A DNA stretch of 39,994 nucleotides from a virus (IMGVR_UViG_3300020120_000085:1-39994), one strand, 5' to 3'; counted from the first letter of the stretch, positions 25,366 through 35,651 are shown. Program-made: numbers and translations. The notes: a model not told the origin generated them from the sequence alone.

Positions 25366-25757
25366 CGGAAGGCGGCGTGTTCGAATCATGCTATTGGCCA
25401 TATCGAACACGGAACTAGTTAGCGGGGCTAACGGAATGCCGCTCGAACATGGCTCATGCGTAGCGATGTATTCGAATAATGGCGCTGATGTGCTACGATG
25501 CGCGCGAGTTTTTAGGCACGCCAGCCTCCCTGACCCGCACTCCCCCAAAGTCCCCCCCGGGTACCACTGGGCTCCGATTTTTAGCCTTGCTAACGTTCTG
25601 TATTTGCGCAGGTCAAAGCCACAATTCGACCAGATATCCATTAGCGCCGCTAACGGTTTCCGGTCGTTCGCGCCGCTAACGACTTTGCCGTCCCGGTTTT
25701 CGAATTTCTGCGGCACCGTTCGAATTTTTCCCGCTTTTGGTCACGTGGAGTAGCCGG
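25366..25757. other. Probable cos/packaging region with palindromic repeats
   Basis: Lower-GC non-coding gap between HNH/NTPase and terS; repeated TTAGC-N3-GCTAAC and TCGAA motifs. Confidence 0.6.
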
Positions 25758-26255
25758 ATGCCGAGAGCCAAGAAGCCGGCCGGGACCGCCGTCGACCGCC
25801 GCAACGGCGAGCGCGCGTCGCTGCCCGCCGTCCCGCTGCCCCGCTTCACCCTGCCGCGCCGCTCCGACGGCCTGGACTACGACCTGCGGACCCGCCGCAT
25901 GTGGAAGGCCCTGTTCGACGATCAGGCCCTGTCGTCGGTGCTGTCGCCGGTGGACCGTGAGCTGGTGATCCGCTGGGCGCAGGCGGTGGACGATCACCTG
26001 AAGGCGCTGGCCAGCGCGCGTGAGCGGCCGATCTCCAAGGGCAGCACGGGTCAGGAGGTCCCGTCGCCGCACTTCGCGATCGCCGCGCAGGCCATGGGCG
26101 TGGTCGTCGAGTGCGAGCGGCAGATCGGGATCGGCGCGCTGAACCGGGCGCGGCTGGGGATCGCGATCCTGGCCGAGCGGGCGTCGCTGGCCGACCTGGC
26201 CAGCCGTTTCGACGGAGGGAGCACCGGAAATGAGCCAGACCCCAGACTCGGATGA
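25758..26255 (+). CDS. terS: Terminase small subunit
   Basis: 'GSTGQEVPSP', 'ERQIGIGALNRARLGI' P27-type pattern; upstream of terL. Confidence 0.85.
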   Translation: MPRAKKPAGTAVDRRNGERASLPAVPLPRFTLPRRSDGLDYDLRTRRMWKALFDDQALSSVLSPVDRELVIRWAQAVDDHLKALASARERPISKGSTGQEVPSPHFAIAAQAMGVVVECERQIGIGALNRARLGIAILAERASLADLASRFDGGSTGNEPDPRLG

Positions 26256-26634
26256 CGACGAGTGCCCGGCGCGCTACTACTTCCCGGACGGCAGCAGTGC
26301 CGGCTGCGAGCGGTTCGTCCACGTGGGCACCGATCAGCCGAAGCCTGACGAGCACCTGTGCGGGGTCACGCTCCGGTGGGCTGGCGAGCGCGGCGGCGAT
26401 GACCTCAGCCCGGAGGGGCTCGAGGAGCTGAAGGCGCGGTTCCTGGCCGCTATCGAGCGCGGCGGGCCGCCGGTCGTCCCGCCGCCTCCGGATGAGCTAC
26501 TCGCGGCGCTGGCGAAGCTGGCGAAGCTGGAGACGCTAGCGCGGGAGATCCACAAGAACGCCAGCCGCAGCGACTACGGCGACGGCCGCTGGGAGATGGC
26601 GAGGCGCATCCTGGACGTCCTAGATGGCGATTGA
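26230..26634 (+). CDS. Hypothetical protein inserted between terS and terL
   Basis: Overlaps both neighbours, GC3 bias. Confidence 0.6.
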   Translation: MSQTPDSDDDECPARYYFPDGSSAGCERFVHVGTDQPKPDEHLCGVTLRWAGERGGDDLSPEGLEELKARFLAAIERGGPPVVPPPPDELLAALAKLAKLETLAREIHKNASRSDYGDGRWEMARRILDVLDGD

Positions 26635-28216
26635 CCCGCCGTGCCCTGACTGCGGCTGGTCGCCTCCGCCGGGCCAGCTGTGGCCGACCGAAGGCCGCCG
26701 GGCGGTCTGGTGGATGCAGAACTTCGTCATCTGCGGCGAAGGGGACTGGTACGGCAAGAAGATCGTGCTGCGCCCGGACCAGAAGCGCAGCCTGTACCGC
26801 TGGTACGAGCACTGCGGCGGCTGCGGCCACTGGCGTTACTCCCAGTGGGTCCGCAGCGAGGCGACCGGCGGCGGGAAGACGACGTTCATGGGCGGCGTCG
26901 AGGTCCTGGAGCTCGGCGGCCCGCCGGAGATCGTCCCGGTCAGCCCGAACATCGTGTCCGCGGCCAACAGCTGGGACCAGGCGAACAAGCTGTTCGGCGC
27001 CGCGAGCGTGATGTGCGGCGGCCAGGGCCGCAAGGTGCTCGAAAGCCCGCTCCGCGAGTACTTCGAGGTGTACGACAGCAAGATCCTGCGCTCGGACGGC
27101 CGCCCGGGCGAGATTTCCCGCGTCGCCGCGGTGGCGGCGACGAATGAGGGCGGCCTTCCGTCGCTGCTGGTGTGCGACGAGGTCCACGAGTGGGGCGACG
27201 TCGGCGAGGGCCGCGCCCGCCTTCACGTGGTGATCGGCAAGTCGACCAAAAAGCGCCGTCTCCGCTGTGAAATCCCGCAGAAGGACGGCCCTCCGCGCGT
27301 TATCGAGCGCGGTTCCGGCCGTATCATCGACATTTCCACGGCCGGTTTCGACGTGGACGCGAGCCTGTTCGGCCGGATGTACAAGCAGGGCAAGCGTGTC
27401 GAGAAAGACCCAGCCGTCGACCCGCGGCTGCTGTTCGAGTGCTGGGAAGCGCCTGACGGCCTGGACCTGGAGAAGCCCGAAGACCGCGAGACGGCCGTCC
27501 GGGCGGCCAGCCCGGCCGCTGACATCCTGTGGGACGTCAGGGAGCGGGTGCGCGAGTGGGACAAGCCCGAGCTAGAGCATCACGAATGGACGAGGTATTT
27601 CGCTAACAAGTGGGTCGCCATTGCTGCGGACTCCTGGCTAGTCGACCACCCGGCCGCGTGGGGTGCCTGTAAGGGCACCTGGGAGCTCAACGGCGACGAG
27701 ATGACGGTCCTGGCCGTCGACATGTCCCTGAAGCACGACAGCACGGCGGTGGTCGAGGCGGCGCTGCTGGAGGACGGCCGGACGGCGGTCACCGCGAAGA
27801 TCTGGAATCCGGGCGACGGCAAGGTGAATCACAAAGAGGTGTTCGACTACATCGTCGAGCGGGCGGAGGCCCTCGCTGACCGGTTCCTCGGCCTGGTGTA
27901 CGACCCGCGGTATTTCGAGCTCGCCGCCCGCCAGGCGGAGGAGGATCACGAGCTGCTGGTGATCGAGTTCGACCAGTGGACGATCATGGCGCAGGCGGTG
28001 GGGGAGACGTTTGAGCAGATCATCAAGGGGCGGCTGGTGCACGACGGCGACCCGGACCTGTCCCGGCATGTCCGGTCGGCGGTCAAGAAGCAGCAGGAGC
28101 GCGGTTTCACTCTGAGCAAGAGCAAGAGCCGCTGGAAGATCGACGGGGCGGTGGCCATGTGCATGGCGACCTGGACTTTGACGCAGCAGACATCTATCGA
28201 GGACACAATCTGGTGA
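26624..28216 (+). CDS. terL: Terminase large subunit
   Basis: Walker A 'TGGGKT', Walker B 'LVCDEVHE', 'ISTAG', nuclease 'AVDMS..HDSTA', 'KIDGAVA'. Confidence 0.95.
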   Translation: MAIDPPCPDCGWSPPPGQLWPTEGRRAVWWMQNFVICGEGDWYGKKIVLRPDQKRSLYRWYEHCGGCGHWRYSQWVRSEATGGGKTTFMGGVEVLELGGPPEIVPVSPNIVSAANSWDQANKLFGAASVMCGGQGRKVLESPLREYFEVYDSKILRSDGRPGEISRVAAVAATNEGGLPSLLVCDEVHEWGDVGEGRARLHVVIGKSTKKRRLRCEIPQKDGPPRVIERGSGRIIDISTAGFDVDASLFGRMYKQGKRVEKDPAVDPRLLFECWEAPDGLDLEKPEDRETAVRAASPAADILWDVRERVREWDKPELEHHEWTRYFANKWVAIAADSWLVDHPAAWGACKGTWELNGDEMTVLAVDMSLKHDSTAVVEAALLEDGRTAVTAKIWNPGDGKVNHKEVFDYIVERAEALADRFLGLVYDPRYFELAARQAEEDHELLVIEFDQWTIMAQAVGETFEQIIKGRLVHDGDPDLSRHVRSAVKKQQERGFTLSKSKSRWKIDGAVAMCMATWTLTQQTSIEDTIW

Positions 28217-28512
28217 CTAATAAAACTAATAATTCAGGGCCGAGGTACGAAACCGCCTATGAGCTGGGTCAGCGCATCGGCCATACCGATAGTGTCGTCT
28301 GCGCTGACTGTGGCGTATTCGTCATGGACAAGACCGCGCACACCCGGTCCCACTCGATCATGAGCAGCTGGGCCTGGATGCTGGCCGTGCTGAAGACCGC
28401 GCACGTGGCCGCGCACATCCACGACAAGTACGACGTGGTTGAGCGCATCGACAGCAGGAAGTTCGACAACTGGAGCGCCGACGCGCTGGCCGAGGTGACC
28501 GGAAAGCCGTGA
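28213..28512 (+). CDS. Hypothetical protein with CxxC...H...H motif
   Basis: GTGA overlaps on both sides. Confidence 0.55.
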   Translation: MTNKTNNSGPRYETAYELGQRIGHTDSVVCADCGVFVMDKTAHTRSHSIMSSWAWMLAVLKTAHVAAHIHDKYDVVERIDSRKFDNWSADALAEVTGKP

Positions 28513-28775
28513 GCAATCGCGCTGTGCACGCCGCTGCCAGGCTCGCGGGCACGGCGGTCAGGATCACCCGCCGCCCGCTCCGCTCTGCGGCCAGGGCCGC
28601 GCCCGGCCTCGCCGGGGCGGCGGGTATCGCCGTCGGCCTCGGCCAGGTGGCGGGGCATGTGTTCGGCCGCGGGCTGACGTGGTGGGTGGCGCTGGCGGTC
28701 GGCGGCGGCTTCGCGTTGTGGATCGGCTCGGACATCAACCGCGTCCCGCCCGCGCCACGACGCGACGAGGAGTAG
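28509..28775 (+). CDS. Small membrane protein preceding portal
   Basis: Two hydrophobic segments; usual position in HK97-like head modules. Confidence 0.6.
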   Translation: MSNRAVHAAARLAGTAVRITRRPLRSAARAAPGLAGAAGIAVGLGQVAGHVFGRGLTWWVALAVGGGFALWIGSDINRVPPAPRRDEE

Positions 28776-28849
28776 CTAGCGCCCCCGGACAGCCTGTGGT
28801 ATGGCAAGCTTTCGTTCTAGGCGCGTGCAAAACCGGAGGCGGGTGAGGC

Positions 28850-30067
28850 GTGGGCATCTTCGTGCGCGAGCGGTCCCGTAACCCGGCCTCCGAGCAGCGC
28901 ATGCTCACGTTCATCTCCCCGCCGCTCGGTGCGTACACGCAGGCGCTGGCGGACAATTCGGCGGGTGATCCCGACGGCGCGATGCGCCATGACGCCGTGT
29001 GGGGCTGCACTAACAAGATCGCCCTGTCGATGTCGATGATGCGCCCGCTGCCCTACAAGGGGCCGATGGTCGGCCATGGCCAGGCGACCGCCCTGGATCC
29101 GCCCCAGGTCCTGATCAAGCCGGGCTCGGACATGCGGATGTCGGAGTTCACGTACGCGGCGTGGGTGAGCAAGCTGCTGCGCGGGAACGCGTTCGGGATC
29201 ATCGCGGCGCGGGACGGCAGGACGATGCGGCCATCGCAGATCGAGCTGCAGCACCCGGACGAGATGAAGGTCCGCAGGCTGCAGCGCGCCACGGCTGACC
29301 AGGCCGCTGGCGAGTACGAGTACCGGCTTCGCGGCCAGGTGGTGGACCCGGCGACGGTGTGGCATGACGCGATCTACCGGATGCCCGGGTCGCGGATCGG
29401 CATGTCGGTGATCCGGTACGCGAGCATGGCGACCCGTACCGGCCAGGCGGCGGAGAGGTTCGGCCTGGACTACTTCGACGGCGGCGGCCACCCGACGGCG
29501 GTGCTGACGAACAAAAACACGAATAAAATCAACCAGGAGCAGGCGCAGAAGGTCAAGGACACCTTCATGGCGGCGCTGCACGGCTCCCGCGAGCCGGTTG
29601 TGATGGGCGGAGGCTGGTCGTACCAGTCGGTCCAGATCTCGCCGGAGGAAAGCCAGTTCCTGAACACGCAGGCCGTGTCGGGGGAGAAGATCTGCCGGTT
29701 CTTCGGCATGAAGCCGCAGCATCTCGGCATCGCCCCGTCGGGCAGCTCGCTGACGTATGCGAACCTGGAAGATAACCTGGCCGATTTCCTCACCTTCCCG
29801 ATGACGCCGTGGATCGTGGAGTGGGAAGAGGTGCTGTCCGATCTGACGCCCGTCGGGCAGTACGTGAAGTGCGACACGTCGCCGCTGCTGCGGACCAAGT
29901 TCCTGGAGCGGATGCAGGCCTACCACATGATGATCGGCTCCAGGGCGTTCACCCAGGACGAGATCCGGTCGATGGAGGACTTCCCGCCGCTGACGGACGA
30001 GCAGAAGGCGGAGATCGACGCGATGCCGATGGTGCCCCCGATCCCGGGGCCGAAGACAGGAAACTGA
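28850..30067 (+). CDS. Portal protein, HK97 family
   Basis: 'LLRGNAF', 'GMSVI', 'ISPEESQFL', 'YANLE', 'TQDEIR..EDFPPL'. Confidence 0.95.
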   Translation: MGIFVRERSRNPASEQRMLTFISPPLGAYTQALADNSAGDPDGAMRHDAVWGCTNKIALSMSMMRPLPYKGPMVGHGQATALDPPQVLIKPGSDMRMSEFTYAAWVSKLLRGNAFGIIAARDGRTMRPSQIELQHPDEMKVRRLQRATADQAAGEYEYRLRGQVVDPATVWHDAIYRMPGSRIGMSVIRYASMATRTGQAAERFGLDYFDGGGHPTAVLTNKNTNKINQEQAQKVKDTFMAALHGSREPVVMGGGWSYQSVQISPEESQFLNTQAVSGEKICRFFGMKPQHLGIAPSGSSLTYANLEDNLADFLTFPMTPWIVEWEEVLSDLTPVGQYVKCDTSPLLRTKFLERMQAYHMMIGSRAFTQDEIRSMEDFPPLTDEQKAEIDAMPMVPPIPGPKTGN

Positions 30068-30069
30068 TC

Positions 30070-31323
30070 ATGGAGCAGCGGTGGGACGGCCCGGCGCAGG
30101 TCGCCAAGCTTGGCGATGACCCGTCAAAGAGCCAGATCAACGCCCTGTTCGCCATTCCCGGCGACACGAAGTCCGATAGCTCGCTGCCGCATCACGCGGT
30201 GAGCGCGGACGGGACGGTCGGGGCACCCGACGAGGACGGGTGCACCGCGGCGATCGCCGCGCTGAACGGCAGCCGCGGCGGGGTATCGGCGACGGCGGCG
30301 CAGAAGAACCGGGCGTACAGCCATCTTGCGTCGCACCTGCGGGCGATGGGCATTGACCCGCCGGAGAAGAAGTTCGCCGCGCCCGCCCCTCCGGCCGGCC
30401 TGGAGCTTCGGGCGCAGCGGCGGCTGGGGATGCGGGGCGTGCCGGAGCGGATCGCGCTTCAGTTCGGCGCCGGCGGGATGGAGATGCGAGCGAAGGCGAA
30501 CGGCACCGGCGGCACGGCATTCCACTTCACCGGCTATGCCGCCGTCTACGATTACCCGTTCGAGATGTGGGACTTCTGGGGCGATGAGTTCGTAGAGAAA
30601 GTCGCCCAGCAGGCGGGGCAGCGGACCCTGGCCAACGGCTGCGACGTGCCGTTCCTGGTCGGCCACAACGACGCGGGGATCCCGATGGCCCGGACCAAGT
30701 CCGGGACGATGACCCTGGGCGAGGACACCCATGGCCTGCACGTCGACGCGCCGGGCCTGGACGGGTCGGTCGAGCAGATTCGCCAGCTGGCCTCTGCGGT
30801 CGAGCGGGGCGACATGGACGAGATGTCGATGGCATTCATGACGGTCCGCCAGGACTGGTCACCGGACTATATGGAGCGCACGATCCTGGAGTACGACCTG
30901 CACAAGGGCGACGTGTCAGTGGTGGTGTTCGGCGCCAATGACGGCACGGCAGGGTCGTCGATGGTAGCGTTCCCGTCCGAGCAACTGCACCTGCGCCGCC
31001 CGGTGGGGATGCTGCGGAACCGGCGCCCGGGCGAGCGGCGGGCGGCCGACGAGATCATCGACAACGGCGGCCCGCCGGACAGCAACATCGCAGCCAACGG
31101 GCTGACCCAGGTGAAGTGCCCGTACACGGTCGCGAACGGCTGCGGGAAGATGAACGCGGGCAACGCGAACTTCTGCGACGGCTGCGGCGGCCCGCTGTAC
31201 CAGGGGGATGGGACGCTGGTCCTGGACGACTCCGGTGTCGTCGAGCCCGAAGGGTCCGGCGCCGATGACGACCAGCTGGCGGCGCGGCGGCGCGAGCTGG
31301 AGCTGCTTGCGCTCAGCGCCTGA
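30070..31323 (+). CDS. Prohead maturation protease (HK97 family) with extra N-terminal domain and C-terminal Zn ribbon
   Basis: 'FTGYAAVY', 'FLVGHN', 'ERGDMDEMSMAF', 'DVSVV'. Confidence 0.9.
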   Translation: MEQRWDGPAQVAKLGDDPSKSQINALFAIPGDTKSDSSLPHHAVSADGTVGAPDEDGCTAAIAALNGSRGGVSATAAQKNRAYSHLASHLRAMGIDPPEKKFAAPAPPAGLELRAQRRLGMRGVPERIALQFGAGGMEMRAKANGTGGTAFHFTGYAAVYDYPFEMWDFWGDEFVEKVAQQAGQRTLANGCDVPFLVGHNDAGIPMARTKSGTMTLGEDTHGLHVDAPGLDGSVEQIRQLASAVERGDMDEMSMAFMTVRQDWSPDYMERTILEYDLHKGDVSVVVFGANDGTAGSSMVAFPSEQLHLRRPVGMLRNRRPGERRAADEIIDNGGPPDSNIAANGLTQVKCPYTVANGCGKMNAGNANFCDGCGGPLYQGDGTLVLDDSGVVEPEGSGADDDQLAARRRELELLALSA

Positions 31324-31490
31324 CGGCATCTATCCTGGCCGCGTTACGGGCATGATCAGGTAGTCCCGCAGCACGCCAGGAACTGGCTCTCAGCTCTCCG
31401 GCAGGATGGCTGTACCCGGTGCCCGCGGCCCCGCTGCACACGAGATGACGCGCCCACGTCGATGCATCTCTCGTGAAGGGGACGCCTCCC

Positions 31491-33212
31491 GTGGATGAGC
31501 TGATCCGCAAGCTCCAGGAACGCCGCGCCAAGCTGGCTGAGCGCCGCGACGCCCTGCTGAAGACCGCCGGGGAAAACATCGACTGCTCGACTGACGAGCA
31601 GCGCGCCGCCTACAAGAAGGCGACGGAGGAAACCCGCGGCATCGGCTCGGACCTGAAGGACCTGGACGCCGAGCTGGCCGAGCTCGTCGAGCAGCGCGAC
31701 CGGGACCGGCGCGCCGCGGAACTGCGCCGGCAGACCGGCGACACCGGCCCCGACACCGGCAGCGCGGGCGGCGGCCAGGTCACGGTCACCTCCGAGCCGA
31801 TGACGTACGGCGAGTACTCCGGCCACTCGTACTTCCTCGACCAGGCCCGCGTCCACTTCCGCAAGGGTGACGCGGACGGCGGCTGGGGCGAGGCCCAGAA
31901 GCGCCAGGAGCGGCACGAGGCCGAACTGCGCGTCGAGATGCCCAAGCGCATCGAGAAGCGCCGCAGGGAAGCCGATGCCCGCATCGAGCGCGCGCTGTCC
32001 GGCGAGGGGCACGGAAAGTCGCGGCGCGAGCAGCGCCAGGCACGCCTGGAGCGGCGCACCTACGAGCGGTTCCTCGCCGCGGGCGGCAAGATTTACGAGC
32101 AGCGGATCATCTCCCGCACCGATGGCCAGGGCGGCTATGAGGTCCCGCCGCTGTGGCTGGTCGACCAGTACATCGAGTACCTGCGCGCGGGCCGCACGTT
32201 CGCTGACCTGTGGCACAACTTCCCGCTGCCCACGGGCACCGACTCGATCAACATCCCCCGGTTCGTGACCGGCACGGCGACGGGCACGCAGCCCGGCGAC
32301 GGCGCCCCGGTGCCGGGCCGGGACGCCGCGGACAACTTCGTGCAGGCCCGCGTGATGACGGTGGCCGGGCAGGAAGACGCGGCGATGCAGCTGCTCGACC
32401 AGTCGCCGCTGAACTACGACGAGATCATCTTCGCCGACCTCTCGGCTGACTACAACATGCAGGTCAGCGCGCAGCTCATGCTCGGCTCCGGTTTCCCGCA
32501 GCTGAACGGCCTGTACCCGGCGGGCGTCCTCGGCTCCTCGGTCGGCGCCTCGACGGCCGGGTTCGTCACCCAGGCGACCGGCACGACCACCGCGCAGTGG
32601 ACCGGCGCGGCGTCGTACTACACGGCGCTGGCGCAGCTGACGTCGCAGATCAGCCGGAACAGGTTCCTGCCGCCGTCAGGGCTGGCCACCAACCCGGCGG
32701 TCTGGTACGCGCTGGCGGCGTCGGTGGACACGACCGGCCGCCCGCTGGTCGTCCCGGCGCAGCAGGGCGCGAACTTCAACCAGGCCGCGGGCGACGCGGA
32801 CGGCCCGGTCAGTGAGGGCCTGGTCGGCCACATCCTGGGCCTGCCCTGGTATGTCGACCCGAACATCCCGCTGACGTTCGGCGGGACGGTCGCCCCGTAC
32901 ATCGGGGCGATCTCCAACGGGCACACCGCCCCGGTGCAGGGATCGGGCGGCAACCCGGTCTTCACCCCGGCGATCGCCGCCCGCTTTGCCGACCTGTTCT
33001 TCTGGGAAGGCGACATGCGCACGCGCGTCCTGTCCGAGGTGCTGTCGGGCTCGCTCGCGGTCCGCTTCCAGCTGTACGCCTACTGCGCGTCGATGGCGAA
33101 CCGCTACCAGGACGCCAGCGGCAACCTGCTGGCGTACGGCAACGTCAACTCCGGCACCACCCAGGGCGCGGCCCTGTCCCAGGGCACCAACGGCGGCCTC
33201 GTCAACTTCTGA
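31491..33212 (+). CDS. Major capsid protein, HK97 fold with N-terminal coiled-coil delta domain
   Basis: 'GGYEVPPLWL', 'SINIPR', 'QLLDQSP', 'DTTGRPL', 'ILGLPW.VDPNIP'. Confidence 0.93.
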   Translation: MDELIRKLQERRAKLAERRDALLKTAGENIDCSTDEQRAAYKKATEETRGIGSDLKDLDAELAELVEQRDRDRRAAELRRQTGDTGPDTGSAGGGQVTVTSEPMTYGEYSGHSYFLDQARVHFRKGDADGGWGEAQKRQERHEAELRVEMPKRIEKRRREADARIERALSGEGHGKSRREQRQARLERRTYERFLAAGGKIYEQRIISRTDGQGGYEVPPLWLVDQYIEYLRAGRTFADLWHNFPLPTGTDSINIPRFVTGTATGTQPGDGAPVPGRDAADNFVQARVMTVAGQEDAAMQLLDQSPLNYDEIIFADLSADYNMQVSAQLMLGSGFPQLNGLYPAGVLGSSVGASTAGFVTQATGTTTAQWTGAASYYTALAQLTSQISRNRFLPPSGLATNPAVWYALAASVDTTGRPLVVPAQQGANFNQAAGDADGPVSEGLVGHILGLPWYVDPNIPLTFGGTVAPYIGAISNGHTAPVQGSGGNPVFTPAIAARFADLFFWEGDMRTRVLSEVLSGSLAVRFQLYAYCASMANRYQDASGNLLAYGNVNSGTTQGAALSQGTNGGLVNF

Positions 33213-33251
33213 CGCCCCCTATCTGATCCAGCTAAGGGAGAGGAACTCCAC

Positions 33252-33887
33252 ATGTCTGATCTGGCCGGGGGCCGTTACCCCGACAGCGAGGAAGAGTGGC
33301 TGCTCGACGGGCAGCCCTCACCCCCGTTCCGGCGGACGATCAGCCGCCGGGACATCGTCGCATCGGCGGCGTTCATCCCGACGGTCACCGCGCTGAACGT
33401 CTACGCGGTGCCGGTGCAGGCCGGCGACATCTTCAGCTTCGTCAGCTTCCTGGTGAAGACGGCGGGCGGCACCCTGACCCACTCGTGGGTGGCGGTGTAC
33501 AACGGCGTGGCGACCGGCGCGGCGCTGCTGGCGCAGGTGGCGGACAACACCACGGCGACCGGCTGGGCGGCGACGGCGCAGAAGCTGCAGCTGGCCTCGG
33601 TGGTATCCAACGTGGGCACGGTCGGCACCCCGCAGGGCCCGTCGACCGCGGCGATCGTGGCGCAGGGCCCGGCGGTGTGGGGCATCGCGTTCTACCAGTC
33701 CGGGACGACCGGCAACACGGTGGACGGGATGAGCTCCAGCGCCGTGGCGGGTGCCGTGGCCGTGACCGGCCAGGTGCCGTTCTACTCGACCGGCACGCTG
33801 GCGGCGACCGGCACTGCCCCGGCGGTGCTGCCGACGATGGCCGCGGCTGTCGGCGGCATCCCCTATCTCGCCCTGTCCAGGGCCTGA
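33252..33887 (+). CDS. Putative capsid decoration protein
   Basis: Directly after capsid gene with strong RBS; beta-rich. Confidence 0.5.
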   Translation: MSDLAGGRYPDSEEEWLLDGQPSPPFRRTISRRDIVASAAFIPTVTALNVYAVPVQAGDIFSFVSFLVKTAGGTLTHSWVAVYNGVATGAALLAQVADNTTATGWAATAQKLQLASVVSNVGTVGTPQGPSTAAIVAQGPAVWGIAFYQSGTTGNTVDGMSSSAVAGAVAVTGQVPFYSTGTLAATGTAPAVLPTMAAAVGGIPYLALSRA

Positions 33888-34147
33888 TGAGCGACCGCGC
33901 GCACGTGCTCGGGCGCCTGGAGGCCGAGCGCCGCCAGGCGATCGGGTGCTTCGAGTACCAGCGCGCGGCCGAGCTGCAAGCCCAGATCGCCCGGCTGTCC
34001 GCGGGGACGGCCGTGAACCCCTCCAAGGAGACCAATGGACCTGGTAGCGATGCTGAACGACGTCAAGGCCCACTTCGAGCACGGCGGGCAGCTGGCGGAA
34101 AGCCACCTGCCGTCGCTGCTGCACGTGGCGGGCGTGATCTCGGGTGA
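33887..34147 (+). CDS. Hypothetical protein
   Basis: TGATG coupling; 3' end overlaps next gene by over 100 nt. Confidence 0.5.
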   Translation: MSDRAHVLGRLEAERRQAIGCFEYQRAAELQAQIARLSAGTAVNPSKETNGPGSDAERRQGPLRARRAAGGKPPAVAAARGGRDLG

Positions 34148-34322
34148 CCCGTTCGTCCAGGCGGCCATCAACACGGCGCTGTCGGACTCGGGCAAGGCGA
34201 TCGTGGCCGACCTGATGACCCGGCTGGAGGCGCTCGAGGCGCAGCACGCGCAGGCAGCCGCGGCGGCGCTGGAGGCGGCGGTCCCTGCCGAGCCGTCCGA
34301 CGCCGCCGCGGCCCCGGCCTGA
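34035..34322 (+). CDS. Hypothetical protein
   Basis: AAGGAG RBS, GC3 bias. Confidence 0.65.
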   Translation: MDLVAMLNDVKAHFEHGGQLAESHLPSLLHVAGVISGDPFVQAAINTALSDSGKAIVADLMTRLEALEAQHAQAAAAALEAAVPAEPSDAAAAPA

Positions 34323-34341
34323 CGGAAAGGAAGCCCCTCCA

Positions 34342-34686
34342 ATGGCTGCACAGGACATCAAGGCCAAGACCGAGCTCTGGGTCATCGACGAGATCAAGAA
34401 GCAGGGCCTGGGCGAGGACTTCGGGTTCGCCGTCACGTGGGGCCCGGCCCCGGCGCAGACGCCGCAGGGCGTGGTCGTGGCGCCGGGGTGGCGCCTGCTG
34501 CTGACGTGCGCGAACCCGCTGCTCGGCGAGGGCGAGCTGTACCACATGGGGCAGCTGGGCGCGCCGCGCCCGAAGGAGGCCGATGTCCGCCGTGAGGTGG
34601 CCAGCGGCATAAGCCAGCTGCGCGACCTGGCGAAGTCGAAGATTTCCGGGGCGAACGGCCACGCTGCGGCCGCGGTGCCCGGCTGA
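34342..34686 (+). CDS. Hypothetical protein
   Basis: AAAGGA RBS, GC3 bias. Confidence 0.65.
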   Translation: MAAQDIKAKTELWVIDEIKKQGLGEDFGFAVTWGPAPAQTPQGVVVAPGWRLLLTCANPLLGEGELYHMGQLGAPRPKEADVRREVASGISQLRDLAKSKISGANGHAAAAVPG

Positions 34687-34688
34687 CG

Positions 34689-34735
34689 CCGGGACGCCCC
34701 GGGGTGTGCGGAGGGGCTGCCCACGGGCGTCCCGG
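34689..34735. terminator. 11-bp stem-loop after head genes
   Basis: CCGGGACGCCC / GGGCGTCCCGG. Confidence 0.45.
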
Positions 34736-34757
34736 TCAGATGAAGTGGAGGTGAGCG

Positions 34758-35651
34758 GTGGTCTTCTACGCAGGCGGCCAGGTCCCGCTCACTTTCACCC
34801 TGACCGACGCACTCGGCCAGCCGGTGAACGCCGTGGCGACGCCGCCCGTCGTGACTGTGACCTTGCCGGACCTGACCACGGCCACGCCCGCGGTGAGCAA
34901 CATCGGCACCGGCCTGTACCGGGCCGCGTACAAGACCGTCCAGGCCGGGCATCACGAGGTGGCGTGGACATGCGCGGACGCGACCTACCCGGGCGGCCAC
35001 GCCGACGAGTTCGACGTCTGGTCGACCGCCTCGACGAACGTGCTGAGCCTGGCCGACGCCAAGGGCATCCTGTCGATCGCGCCTTCGAACACCGCGTATG
35101 ACGATCTCGTCGAGAAGGTCAACGGCTCGATCACCGCGTGGCTGGAGTGGTACTGCGGCGCGATCGTCCCGCAGGCGGTGACGGAGGAGCTGCGGGTCGG
35201 CGGCATGGTGACGCAGCTGTCCCGGCCGCCGGTGATCAGCCTGACGGCCTGGACGTCGGTCCCGGCGCAGTTCTCCGCGGATACCTCGCGCGTGGTGCCG
35301 ACGCCGCCGAGCCCGATGTTCCCGGTGATGGTCTTCGGCGTGACCTACCCGCTCTCTCAGCTGTACGCGGACCCGGTGAAGGCCACGGTGCGGCACACGT
35401 CGGGCCTGCCGTTCTACTACGGCCCGTACATCTGGCAGTACCAGGCGGGCCGCGCGCTGATCCCGCAGGGGATCAGGTTCGCGGCGTCGGTGACGCTGCG
35501 GCACCTGTACGGCCTGGAGCGCGGCGGCGCGGGCGTCGCCGCGGCGGGCGCGGCGGACGAGGAGACCGTCCAGACTCCGTTCGGTTTCGCCGTCCCCAAC
35601 AGGGCGATCGAGGCGCTGACCCCGTTCGGGAACCCGGCGGCGATCGCATGA
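34758..35651 (+). CDS. Head-tail adaptor with N-terminal Ig-like domain
   Basis: 'LSLADAK..L', 'EWYCG', 'YQAGR..IP..I..A....LRHLY', 'AVPNRAIEAL.P'. Confidence 0.75.
   Translation: MVFYAGGQVPLTFTLTDALGQPVNAVATPPVVTVTLPDLTTATPAVSNIGTGLYRAAYKTVQAGHHEVAWTCADATYPGGHADEFDVWSTASTNVLSLADAKGILSIAPSNTAYDDLVEKVNGSITAWLEWYCGAIVPQAVTEELRVGGMVTQLSRPPVISLTAWTSVPAQFSADTSRVVPTPPSPMFPVMVFGVTYPLSQLYADPVKATVRHTSGLPFYYGPYIWQYQAGRALIPQGIRFAASVTLRHLYGLERGGAGVAAAGAADEETVQTPFGFAVPNRAIEALTPFGNPAAIA

Noticed and set aside
25349-25753. 134-aa and 125-aa ORFs in the gap before terS
   Set aside because: Poor codon bias and dense palindromes indicate non-coding DNA.
33318-35504. 728-aa minus-strand ORF
   Set aside because: Antisense to head and neck genes; Arg/Gly-rich shadow translation.
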